The notes under the pieces are model-generated. The model ran no database searches, was not told the origin of the DNA, and saw only the letters and a program-made list of their open reading frames with translations. Shown here one piece after another: positions 52,003 through 63,320 of a stretch of 64,000 nucleotides of DNA (positions are counted from its first letter, which is position 1; each line of letters begins with the position of its first letter). The translations under genes were made by a program, and so were the position numbers. Origin of the DNA: Carcharhinus amblyrhynchos (lineage: Eukaryota). The stretch is from assembly GCA_965287045.1 (NCBI GenBank), contig OZ336870.1:100192001-100256000 (forward strand). Reading direction: 5' to 3'.

Positions 52003-52325
52003 TAAAAACAAATTAGTGCGGATGCTGGAAATCTGAAATAAAAAAAACAGAAAGTGCTGGAAATACTCAGCAGATCTGGCAGCACGTGAGGACAGAAACA
52101 GAGTTAATGTTCAGTTGATTACTACATTCACTTTATAAGTTCTGACGAAGAGGCACATTCAATTTGAAACATTAGGTGGGATTTTACAGCCTCACTTGAG
52201 CAAAACTGTAAATTTCCACCAGAGGTCAATGGACATTTCTGTTGTCTGCCCCTCACCCATTCCGATTCTGTGGTGGACAGGATGGGAAAATTCCAGTGAT
52301 TAACTCTTTCTGCTGCTAGACCTCT
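52003..52325. mobile_element. Penelope-derived family-1 element interrupted by a MITE
   Basis: gcggatgctggaaatctgaaataaaa...gctggaaatactcagcagatctggcagca; CTGACGA...GAAAC at 52142-52170. Confidence 0.7.
52175..52299. mobile_element. PIF/Harbinger-type MITE with TTA target-site duplication
   Basis: TTA at 52172-52174 and 52300-52302; imperfect TIRs ggtgggattttac / ggaaaattccag. Confidence 0.75.
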
Positions 52326-52869
52326 TATGTCATAAATACTTGTGTTGCAGAATAAAATTTGGCTTTTGTATCTTTTGGCTCTACAGCTAGTCTACCAGGA
52401 AGTACAGGCCTTTTTTGCAGAGACAACATACTTTTTGATAGTATTGTTAAAGTTTGCTTTTGTAGCTCATTTGTAAAGTATTGGAGCAGCAGTGTTTTTG
52501 ACGTGAAAAAGAATAGTTCCTGAACAAGGTTAATGTTAGTTAGCAACCACATGCTGTTATATAAATCAGCAGATGCAAAGCTTTGGAAATGCATTATGTG
52601 AACTGGACACACAGTGGATCATCTGCTTTCACGGGCGACAGCTATAATTTATATTAATAAACTTTAGAATGAATTTCTGTGGGGGTTCTACCTGATCTGC
52701 TGCCATAACTCCAGTATAAGAGCAGCATAACACCTGGAAAAGCCATTCATTTCATTTCTCAAGGCCCCCAATGAATGGTGGGAGATCAAGAATCTCATTG
52801 AAAGCTTCTCCTGGGTGTCTGGAGCAATGTACACATGTAGAATATATGTTTGCAGTGAGCATCAAACAT

Positions 52870-53065
52870 TGTCTTGGCCAATATTCATCCCTTAACCAAC
52901 ATCACTATAAAAAACAGCTTGAATGGCCATTATTTAATTGTTGTTTGTCGAACTTCATTGTGCGCAAGCCAGCTATCATGTTGCTAACATTACAACATCT
53001 ATCACGATATTCAATTGACTGTGAAGCAAATAAAAGGCACTATAGAATTGTAAGTCTTTCTTTCT
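52870..53065 (+). mobile_element. DeuSINE 3' part (further decayed copies at ~30295-30420, 53410-53650 and 55550-55685)
   Basis: gtcttggccaatattcatcccttaaccaacatcact...ttgtgcgcaagccagct...aaaggcactatagaattgtaagtctttc. Confidence 0.75.
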
Positions 53066-55289
53066 AGCTGGTTGGAGTGTCTGCGGACCAATCAATGAGA
53101 AAAATTGCAAACCTGCTTTCAGTTGCAAAAGAGTTATTTGCCCTTGCTATTTATAAATAATGATTGTCACATAATTCATACATTATTCAGAAAATCACAA
53201 ATAACCAAATTGCCAACTCTCCCTCCTGGGCAAAAGCAATAGTTTTGATTATGCAGACAATCATAGTAGCACTGCCAAATCCACATATGCTCTTGATAGC
53301 ACTGTCAGTCCCACTACCACAAATGCCAACAGGAACCACCCATGCCTCGTCTGAAAACCTTTTTAACCCAACTCACCCGGTATCACTATCACTTCCAGGT
53401 CACAATATTATGGGTTCATGTATCAATTCAGGACACGTAGTCAAGGCTGACATTACAGCACAGTGCTGAGGTGCAATTGGCTTCTGGGATAATGTCAAGA
53501 GCTCATGACAATCTGTTCCAGTTGTTTAGATAAGTGCCCACCAATCCCTGAAAAATATTTTCTTAAACTGTCATCACAAAAATTGAGCCAATAGGTCCAT
53601 CATTCTATTGCTGTTTGTTGGACATACTGTCCGCTGTGTTTGCCTTTGCTTCCAAGGTTCACAATAAGGTGTTAGACAAAGCTTCATTTTTTGCCTCCCT
53701 CCCTAACTGTTGCTGTGAATCGCACCCACTTCATATCTTCCCATTCACTCCCTCCCACAATTTCCTGCTGATGCCTATCCTGCCCTTACCCTCTTTCAGT
53801 TCCAACCCCAAAATGCCTGAGATTCCATTCCCAATAAGAAACAAATTCAGAAAACAACAGAGACACAAAAGAGCAACAAAGGAAGATATGCAAAGAGATA
53901 GAAGCAGTGAAGCCATCTCCGTCCAGAAAGCACAAGGCTCTCTATAAGACATATCAATAGAATCAATCCAATTTAACCCTTACACTGGCTAGCAGTCTGC
54001 TCTTGAGTGGTGTCATTCCGTCCCGTTTCATTAATAGATAAATAAATGATTTCAGAGCCAACTATAGGACCCCATGTGAATTAAAGCAGCGAATCCAGTT
54101 CAGTAAATGAGATAAATACAGAACACTACACTTACATCATGTCTGAAACTTGCACAATATCTTGAGAGGTCTAGATTTTTAATATAGATTCAAGAAAGGA
54201 GTGCGGTGAAATTATACCATTGCTCTATACAATTTTACAGTGTAACTCAGAATGTTAGCCTTTGAATTGTGAGTATAACAAGGGGTGGAATCTAGTGAAG
54301 TTCCTGGGAGCGGGAAACAAGGCAGACAAGAGCAGATAATTGTGAAATGACAACTGCCTGATTGTGCATTGAAAGTCAAGAAGTAAGATGCAGGTAGATT
54401 AAAGACAAATCGTGGTCCCTGAAAGCAAGAGGCAGAAACCAATTTTTAATCCATTAGCATGCCACGCATACTTATTAAAACTCATGGTCAGCAGATTAAA
54501 TTGTGCCTTTGTGATTAAGTTGGCATCAAAAGAGGAACAAGTGTTTTCCATTCAAAACTGCTTAAAGATAGCGTGCAACAAGCCAAAGTAGTCTTCTTGG
54601 TGGATTTGGAGTGTGTAACAGCTACTTCATAGTCTGGGGCACTGTGTTGGACCAGAGGAAAGGAGATTGAGTTTGCATTGAGCTCCAGTAGCATGGCAGC
54701 CCTAAGAATAGTCATGGGGGACAGTGGGAGGGTGCTAGATGAAGCCAACAGTGGCTTCAGGAGATCAAGGGTGACTGAGGGTAGATCAATCGTGAAGCTG
54801 GGAAAGTTGAGTGTACCCAGGATAGGTCTAAGGTTATAGAGGGATGGTCAAGGATGACAATTGATAGGACAAGAGGAGGGGGCAGACTCAGAGCATTGGG
54901 GAGCAAAAGTGATGGTGGGCAGCTTAAGGATCTCAGAAGGCAAGCTTATGGTGAGGGATGGTCAAAGATGATGGCTTGCAGCTCCAGGGGTCCAAATATG
55001 GCAGTGGGGAGAGGTGGCAGCAGTCCAATTTCAAAATCCGCCTCTCAGATAGGCATCCCCACATCCCTCCAATCATTGGCTGAGCCTTTCAACTGTGCAG
55101 AGCAAATTGGCTGACTGCCGCATGATAGGTACATAGCCAGCCATTTTATCTCTGAGCGGAAGTCCCGCACACTTATAGTTCTACCGTTGAGAAACTCCCT
55201 GCTGCAACAAGGTTTCACGTGTATCTTTCATATCAGGTAAAATTTCAAAGCGTGAAATATTGTATAGATCTGTACTTTTCTCTTCATAA

Positions 55290-55510
55290 ATTGCATTAAT
55301 ATATAGCACATGACACATAGTAAAACTTTCCAAGGTGCTTTACAGGAATAGCAGACCAAAGAAAATTGATATTAAGCTAGGGGATATTACAGCATGTAAC
55401 TGAAGCTTGGTCACAGGTTTTAAGGAGTATCTTAAAAGGAGAGGAAAGCAGGGAGACTGAGGAAGGAAATTCCAGAGCATAGGGCTTGGGCAGCTGAAGG
55501 CCACCACGCT
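55290..55510 (-). mobile_element. L2 LINE 3' end
   Basis: caaggtgctttacagg...ggttttaaggagtatcttaaa...ggaaattccagagcatagggc..ggcagctgaaggc is typical of an L2 3' region (minus strand encodes a PxLWN-like motif). Confidence 0.75.
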
Positions 55511-55709
55511 TAGTACTCCTTAAATATAAATGAGGGCCGATTTTCTGAAATTGGCACTTTCTGCATGTGATATCCACGTGACTGAAAGTTTCACGACCAA
55601 ACAGCTACTCAAATAGTTCATTACAAAAAAAAGTTTGAAGTGTCTCCAAACAATGAAACAGGGAAAAATATATATTAAGAAGTTAAAACAAAAGATGTCA
55701 CAATTATAG

Positions 55710-56013
55710 TAGAGTATCCCTAAAGTACAGAAGGGGGGCATTCAGCACATCCAGACTGTATCGACCACAATCCCACCCAGCCCTATTCTCATAACCCTAC
55801 AGATTTACCCCGCTAATCCCCCTGACATTAGGATGGCCAATCAGCCTAACCTACATACCTTTGGACTGTCGGGGGAAACCAGAGCACCCAGAGGAAATCC
55901 ACGCAGACGTGGGAAGAAAGTGCAAACTCCACACAGACAGCGACCTGGGGCTGGAATTGAACCCAGGTCCCTGGCACTGTAAGGCAGCAGTGTTAACCAC
56001 TGTCCCACCATGC
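55710..56013 (-). mobile_element. HE1-type V-SINE (type B tail)
   Basis: Head, V-domain and CR1-like tail on the minus strand, ~250 bp downstream of slit2 exon 3. Confidence 0.9.
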
Positions 56014-56264
56014 ACTTATTGACACATTTTGTTAGAGTGATCCTCTTCAAATCATAGAACATTGCAACACCCAAGATACTGGAAGCACCCAGGAACAAAA
56101 CAAAGAGACAAGTTACAGCAAAACAAACTCTCAATCCCACAAGATTATAAAATGAGAAATATGCTCTGTTCTTTTTTTTTGGTTCGATTACACTAATGAC
56201 CAGATTTGAATTCTTAGTTTACTGGGAAGTTGTCTTGTGAGGTTCAGACACTGACAATACTTAC

Positions 56265-56336
56265 AGTCTTTCCAGCTCCTTCAAATCCTGAAAGGCTCCC
56301 CTCTCAATGGTGGTTATTTGGTTTTCCATGAGCTGT
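56265..56336 (-). CDS. slit2: Slit2 exon 3 (72-bp LRR exon)
   Basis: Acceptor ctgcttcacag|A and donor CT|gtaagt. Translates [24 protein letters not shown], the end of ORF 56261..56536. Confidence 0.97.
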
Positions 56337-57537
56337 CTGTGAAGCAGATGACAGAAAATGAAGCCATGGCATCTTAATGCAGTGAGTAAGCAGGCAACCA
56401 TTAACAACTCCAATGATTGAATTTCAAACATCAACAGCAGATCATTGGCTGGCTTATCTTTATTCAAGCATTTCATACTGGAGTTTGAGATTTCACATCC
56501 AATTTGCTTTGCCTGACACTGACACCTGAAATCCAACAGCTACATGTATAGCACAGAAATGAAGTAGGGATGGGGGAGGCGGGTGTGGTAGAGAGGGCAT
56601 TTCATCATTCAAATATTTAAAACACCATTCATGAAAACGTGCTTTAGAGTTTAGTTTCTAGGCCTATAGCAAAGCAAAAGAGATGTGAAAAAACAATTTA
56701 TCAATAACAGAGCAGCACCTTGTCAGAACCAAAAAACAGCAGCAGGCTGAGCAACGTTTCTTGTAAGTGTCCACACCATTACAGAATGACAAATCAACCA
56801 ACAGTTAAGAATATAAATTGTGAGTATTGCTTTCTCTAATAATGTTTTTAATATATTTCACTTGGGGAACTTTATAAAGTATTTGTAAGAAGAAACATGA
56901 ATGTTCAAATATAGAATTACTTGTTAAGAATGAGTAATATTGTGCTTACGTTTTCTGCAAGAATCCTGTTGCAATCTTTGAGATTTTTCACATGCCAAGT
57001 GCTTGACACTAGCTGTGCCTCTGTGGCTACTCAAAGAGTGACATTTGGTTGTGCCAGTTTTCAAAGACTGGCGAATACTATTATCCATTCACAATCAGCA
57101 AGTGAAACAAAATTGTTAAATACAGGCTCAGTAGAGTTTGCCAAGTGTACTGTCACACTGTGTTATTAAACGTCAAAATAGCAAGCAGCTTGAAGCACTG
57201 GATAGGCGCTGGATAAAGTATCCCATGGCATCATTACAGTTATACCCAGCGCCTCAGTTTCCAACTGCTAAAATGAATCACATTTTCCTGCAGGAAATAG
57301 AATGCCAATAATCAAGTGGGAAAGCAGCATTAAGAGTGTTATAGTCTAGATCTGTGATGTATAGTCACTGCTAACTCTGCCTTGTGCTAATTCATACAAC
57401 ACCTCATTCCTGCATTTCATTCACAAAGGGTAACATGAGATATCAAACTGCACCTTTTTTTAAATGACAAGCTGAAGATTTGGAAGCAAATAGCTGCAGA
57501 AATGGATAGATGGCGCGACAAAAATATTTAGACTTAC

Positions 57538-57609
57538 AGAACTCGCATGTGTCTCAATCCTGAAAAAGCTGATTTGGTGATTCTTGTGATGTTGTTCCCA
57601 TTCAAATCC
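57538..57609 (-). CDS. slit2: Slit2 exon 2 (72-bp LRR exon)
   Basis: Acceptor ttcctttcag|G and donor CT|gtaagt. Translates [24 protein letters not shown] (human SLIT2: [24 protein letters not shown]). The ORF track does not show this frame. Confidence 0.96.
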
Positions 57610-59406
57610 CTGAAAGGAAACAATGTTAAAAGTATTTGACAGTGCAACAAGGAGGGAATGGGACAGGCTCACCATAATTTCCTGAAGCATGCCCAAGTGG
57701 TCAAATCTACACTCAGCTACTGATATCTCACTCAGTAATAATTTTAAATCCATTTGGAATCTTTATAAGCAAAGGGTGCCCCCCCCCCACCAAGTTGAGG
57801 AGGGGATGAATGTGTGGGAATTAAATACCCCTCCCCGTAATTCATGTCCTACTGCTTCTATGAGTACATTAAAAAATGAATCAATAAATTATTAACGACC
57901 ACAGGAAAATTGAACACGGCTGAAGAAGTATTAATCCTTCTCTCAACAATACGAAGAAAAGCTGCGTTTATGCCCTTACCACGGCTGTAAGCAAGCTCCT
58001 TCACAGTGGGATCAACAATTGTCTCAGCAATTGGGGGCCAGGGAGAAAGGGTGAGATTAGGGACAGAGGCCGGAGAAAATAGTTTCTGGGGAAGGTGGGG
58101 ATCTGTGGACCTGATTCTGAATCTTCAAGAAGCAGGTAAAAGATCTAAACTGTTACCGTTCTCCACCATACATGTTGCCGCTTGTCGAAGTTCGTGCATT
58201 TCTGAGAAACCAGAAGAAATATCAAAACTTTTGTCTTGGGAATTTTTCGTACCATTACTTGTGTTTTTTTTAAGTGAAGGGTATGGCACACCGAATGCAG
58301 AAAACTCCACTGGCGTGCACATTTCAAAAATAAATAAGTATTAATGGAAAAATGTGCGCCTCTCCATGCTGCGTGCAAATGTAGACTTTGACAGCACTGT
58401 GAGCTCTTGAAATCTAATCCCATCAAGCATCTGAGACCACTTATACACTCGCCAAGTAAGCTCAATGAGGGCACAATCCTTTCAAACCCACTCCAAGCTT
58501 TCATGCACTTGCACAGAACGAACCGCTAAAAAAAACTGCCCTGTTCCAGTTTATATTCAAAGCGAAATCCCCTCAGCAATGGGGGGAGCTGCTGTAACAA
58601 GGAACAAGCGCCTTGAGCTTCCTTCTGGAACCCCTACAAGATCTTTCATTGTGTGAACAGTTGTGAAATCTGCCCTGATCTCGCACTTAAAAAAATAGCC
58701 TAGAACATGTTTGAATGTCCAAGAAATAATCTTGGGTCCCCTAAGGAAGTGTATTTTGGTTGACCACTGGGTAGCAATGCATGTCCTCCCAGAGTTTAGC
58801 AATTGAAATTATACCGCAAAGGGTGAACACCCTTCAGCCGAATGTGCGTAATAAGGCGAAATGATCAGAAGCTTCCCCGCTGAATGTGTTATTCTGCAGA
58901 GCCTGACAGTCAGCAAGTCATGTGTGTGCATTCAAAGTGATTCTGGCATTGCATCTGACTCCCGTTCTTACACTTCACCTAGCTGTTTGAGACTGGCTCA
59001 GACCTGTGCATTATCATCCCCGCTCTCTACTACAACCAGCTCCCCCTCTCCTCCCAAGTGGCTGGCTCTCCCGCAGCCCCCCCCCCCTTCAAACCTGTCA
59101 GCTCTGCAATGACAGCATTTCAAATACCCGCAAAGATCAGGGTTTTGTTTTAAAAGACAAGGTGCGGCAGGCAGGTTTTGGAACCTGCCGGCTTTGAAGG
59201 AGCAATGCGGATCCCGGCATGAGCCCCAGTAGTGAGTTCCCCACACGGTGAAATGTGCCAGAGTTCCTGCATCACACTCTGGGAATGAGCAAGAAACAAT
59301 TCACCGGAGTCTGCAGAGCTTTCCATTCAAACGGGGAATCCGCAGAATGTCGTGTGCCAGTTCTGTTTAAATCTATCCGGGAGGTGAGGAATGGGTTTGT
59401 ACTCAC

Positions 59407-59591
59407 AGTCTCTCGGTGTTCCTGGGGATGCTTTTGGGGACTGAGCGCAGCCCCAGTCCGTGACAATCCACCGCCGTCCCAGCACAGCTACAGTGATTCG
59501 GGCAAACTTGGCCAACAACTTCTCTCCAAGTATTCGTCCCGATTACCAGGAGAAAGCAGCAGAAACCCCTCCACAATCCAAACGCGCTCAT
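59407..59591 (-). CDS. slit2: Slit homolog 2, coding exon 1 (signal peptide + LRR N-terminal cap)
   Basis: ATG at 59591 (GCAGCGATGA, purine at -3). Translates [62 protein letters not shown], matching the Slit LRRNT motif CPxxCxCxxxxVDCHGxxLRxVPxxIPRNxERL. Ends in phase 2 at donor CT|GTGAGT (GT at 59406-59405). Confidence 0.96.
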
Positions 59592-60540
59592 CGCTGCTTT
59601 TGTGTGTGTGTGTGCGCGAGGAAGGGGGGGGGGGGTGTAAACTTTCGTTTCTTTTTTAACCGAAAGGTGAATAAATGCTGCTTTCAAATCGGATCTCCCA
59701 ACTTTATTTTCTCTGTCCCAGTGCCAGGGTGTGTGTGCAGAGATTTTTCGAAGCAAGCAGCGATCGCTCCAGTCCCGGCGAACTCATTCACACACACACA
59801 CACACACCAGCTCCCAGACAATAACACGTATCGCAGCGCCTTCTTTATCGCCACCAGAAGAGGCTCCGGATTCGCAACAAAAATGCGACCAAACCAAATG
59901 AATTATCTTGTCAGCGGATCGCTTCGGATCGTTCGAGCACGGCAGCCCAGATGATTCAACAGAACAGCGCCGCATACAACGCCAGATATCGATTCCCTTT
60001 CAAGCATCCATCAGGCTGTCATTATTGACAGTCATGAGAATCACTGAGGATGTGGGGAGGTGGGGGGAAAGAGATCAGACACGTCCCGATTCAAACACAC
60101 CAGGGGCAAAAAAGACTATTAAATGGGCGTGTAATTGCTTAAAGTCTGAACAACCTTTTGTTCTTTTAAGTCCAGATTCCAAGTAATCAAACAAGGAGTT
60201 CTTTTTCTCCCCCTTCTCTGTCCGTCCAGGACTGATCTTTTTTTTCAAAATCTTCGATTTGCCCCAAAGACCAGAAGGTAGGTGGGCAGTGAGACAAATG
60301 TTTGCATTCTTGTATTTCCAGCACCTCTCTGGAGTTGCATCAGTCGCGATGGTTGCTTTGGTTTTTTTTTAGGAGGGGGTGCTAAAAAAGAGAGGATTGG
60401 AAGTAGCCAGGAGCCCGGTGTGGTTGTGTGTCCCTCTCACATGCTGCTGCTGCTTGCTGCTGCTGCTCTTAACACTGGAAGCACTCCTCCCTCCGCCAGC
60501 CTTCCACACTCTCACTCACGTTGCAACAATCCAGCGCGTT
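59592..60540 (-). other. slit2: Putative long 5' leader (5' UTR) of slit2 with uORFs and CAG, TG, poly-C and AC simple repeats
   Basis: Lies between the GC-box promoter and the ATG. The TSS is inferred, not observed, and an intron inside the leader cannot be excluded. Confidence 0.55.
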
Positions 60541-60700
60541 GGGGGCACACGCTAATGTAGCCAGGCCCTAAGCCCCGCCCCTTCCCCGCCCCCTCACCCC
60601 GCCCGCCCCTCTCATTGGACCCCGTACGCCGGCTCATTAGCATACGGCGGAGACGCGGCGCGGCCAACAATGGAATGAATGAACCGGAGGAGAGTCCCAC
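60540..60700 (-). promoter_or_regulatory. slit2 proximal promoter (TATA-less; GC boxes + CCAAT)
   Basis: GGGGCGGGG Sp/KLF boxes at 60573-60581 and 60584-60592 plus GGGGCGGGCGGGG at 60597-60609. CCAAT (minus) at 60614-60618, SOX-type AACAATGG at 60666-60673, dense CpG. Confidence 0.8.
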
Positions 60701-61812
60701 ATCCTCAATAGGCTCCCAGTGTCATTGCCCCCAACACCGCTCAACACTCAAATTCTAATCAACTGTTTTGTCTCCTTCTCTGCTGTTCACCCCCTCCCCT
60801 CCACTCTTCCTAACGCTACTCACAGGCGAAGCCCCCTGCCCTCCCCCCTCCCCCCTCCAATAACTGAATTTTAGCAGCCATCTGTGGAGTATTTTTCCCT
60901 GGGTTGATAGATACTCCATGGGCACAGTTCCATGAGATTACATCAGGTAAATCCTCCCCCGCGTAAATTAGCAATCCCTTTTTAGGTGTGAAGTTGCATT
61001 CTTGAGTGGGGTGTTGTCACTCCCTGAAACAAATGAATGAATTGTGGAAGGCATTCTTTTGTTTGGAGCTATAAGAACCCGTGAGTCGTTTTTTTCCAAG
61101 GGTGGTGACAGAATCATGTCTTGTCATATAATTAACCTCGACGTGTTTGCAAACAGAATTGGAGTTGGCAATGACCTCTTATAAAGGCAATTTTTATCGA
61201 TACGTTGACAAGGCTGTCAACAATAGTATAAAACGTAGAATTGTGAAAGAACATCAGCAAAAAAAATTTAAAACAATCATCCACCCATTTACTTTGGAAA
61301 TGGAGATAGTATTGGGTGATACTCTGAAACTAAGAAGTTTCTTAAATTTCTATGCTTAAGATACCGTGGATTAATTTGCCAAAGCATTGCCGACTACAAT
61401 AGCTTCCCTCCTTTCCAACAAATTCATTGCATCAGTGTTGTTTCGTATCTTTGTGGTCCGAATGATTCATATAATCTTTTATTGATTTAATCTGACTAAG
61501 AATGACTAAAACTTTCTCACTTTGAAGCTTGGCGTTTGGTTTTAAGTGAGGATGAGAAACGCATTCGCTGAAGATCATATTGGTCACAGCCTCCTAAAAG
61601 AGACGTAGATGAGTATTGAAAAGCATTCATTTACAAGGAAAAAATAGCATGAAGCCACAAACCACTATTCAACATCAACACACTAAGGCAGAAGCTCACT
61701 AACGTGGTTGCGCTTGTGCAGTAATTTGACAAAGACTGTCCAGTGTAAAGGAGATTTGTAAAACATAAGACAGGCGAGTCCAAAGCGAAATATTGCGCTT
61801 TCTATGAATCTG

Positions 61813-62028
61813 AAATAAGACAGAAAATACTAGAAATGCCCAACATCCATGGGAAGGTCACTGACTTTGTCTCTCTCTCCAGTTGCTACCTCACCTGCTA
61901 TTTTCTGTCTTTTTATTGGGGGAAATGCTGGAAATACTCAGCAGGTCAGGTAGCAGCTGGAGAGAAAAACAAAGTCAATGATCTTCCCATAGATGTTTGG
62001 CATTTCCAGTATTTTCTGTTTGTTATTT
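61813..62028. repeat. Long inverted repeat (Penelope family-1 derivative)
   Basis: Arms 61813-61899 and 61940-62028, roughly 85-90% complementary by eye. Confidence 0.88.
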
Positions 62029-62039
62029 ATGGGATGAAG

Positions 62040-62490
62040 ACTGCTCCGGGATGGGTGCATGGCACCGAAGGCTCCTTCATAGTGGGGCCGCGAGGATGCA
62101 ACCCCGTCTAAGAAACCCGGGGACAGAGCTTCCCCCTCCAAGCCAAAGGCCGGACCAACTTTCTTGAGCTCCACACATTGAGGCACCTTCGGCCGCGCCT
62201 ACCCGCCTCAGAAGCATCCACCCCTCCGAATGGGACAGTGAGCCTGCATCACGCGGAATCTGCTGTCCTTACTGGGACTGTACGTGCAGGTAGCCGGTTG
62301 GGAGGCCGCCTCCTGGACAGTTACAGCAGGTAAGTTGGAACATGATTCAGAAAGAAGTCCTGAGTCTGATACCGGTGTCTGGACCCGACCGAAAAATCCA
62401 GCCCATTAATGTCCCGATGGTTGGCTGGAGAAATCATGCCTGGCCTCAACTTCTTGACTTTCTGGTGAAATGGCACTCCAGGGGAAATGC
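62040..62490. mobile_element. GC-rich MITE-like remnant
   Basis: CpG-rich block resembling the other Harbinger-like MITEs; termini unclear. Confidence 0.4.
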
Positions 62491-62504
62491 GGAAAGATTT
62501 GAAA

Positions 62505-63320
62505 AACATGATGTGAGCTAGATTTCCAAAAATCTTTGACAATGTTCCAAATGAAAAAGCTAATAATTGGCCTCAAAGTTCTAGGAATTTAATTGAAAGA
62601 CCAGGAATGGGCAAAAAAGTTTGTTGAAGAATGGAAACTTACACATAGTTGTTAGGTTAATAATGTCAGGGTGACGTAGTTTCCCAGGATTATCTTGAAC
62701 CTTCAGTGTTTTTCGTTTACTTGGATTCAGAACTCAGTACATATTCGTCATATGCAAATTACAAGCTTTAAATGACATAGCTCTAAAAACAACAAAAAGG
62801 TTTCAGCAAAACATGGTAGATTAAATTTAACGTAGACACGTGTAGAGTCCTAAGTATCTTAGTAGACTCCACACTCAACAGTTTTGACTACTGCAGAATA
62901 AAAATCAACAGTTAATAGAATGTTGAACTAAGTTTTCCAAAACAGTAGAATATAAGTCAGAGGAAATCATATTCAAACTATATAAGTATTGTGGTTAGAC
63001 CATATCCTGATTACTGTGCGTCGTCTGGTAATCATAGGGAGATATTCTGGAACATGTGGCAGTGTGGAGGACAACCAGGAGCTTGTACCCAGTGTTAGGT
63101 TTGAATTATGGAGGAAGACTGAGATGCTTAGGCCTTTGAGCTTTGAAAAGAGGCACCTCAGAGGTGGTCAAAAAGAGGTATATATGATTAGAAACAGGAA
63201 GCAGAAGTAAATCCTGGGCACACCACAGGCTCAAACGAATGAAGACCAAACTTCGAACTAATATTGCGTTCAGAAAGTCTCCTTTGCATAGTGATTAACA
63301 AATTAAACAGACTTCTGGTC
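62505..63320 (+). mobile_element. Highly decayed CR1 LINE RT/3' fragment
   Basis: ctagatttccaaaaatctttgacaatgttcc (LDFQKAFDKVP), gttagaccatatcctgattactgtg (VRPxLxYC) and ttgaaaagaggcacctcagaggtg (LEKRRLRG). Confidence 0.75.

Larger units (their letters stand above)
58800..60850. promoter_or_regulatory. CpG-island-like region spanning promoter, exon 1 and the start of intron 1
   Basis: CpG is visibly frequent (cgcg, gcgc, ccgg, tcgc) against the CpG-depleted rest of the window. Not computed. Confidence 0.7.

Noticed and set aside
57460-57753. 97-aa minus ORF over exon 2
   Set aside because: Wrong frame; the real exon 2 frame is set by the splice sites and LRR homology.
59592-59756. N-terminal 55 aa of ORF 59403..59756 as the Slit2 start
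   Set aside because: It begins at TTG and crosses simple repeats; the ATG at 59591 gives a proper signal peptide.
59460-60186. Plus-strand ORFs (164 aa, 92 aa) antisense to slit2 exon 1
   Set aside because: No recognisable domain; expected in GC-rich sequence opposite a CDS and across simple repeats.
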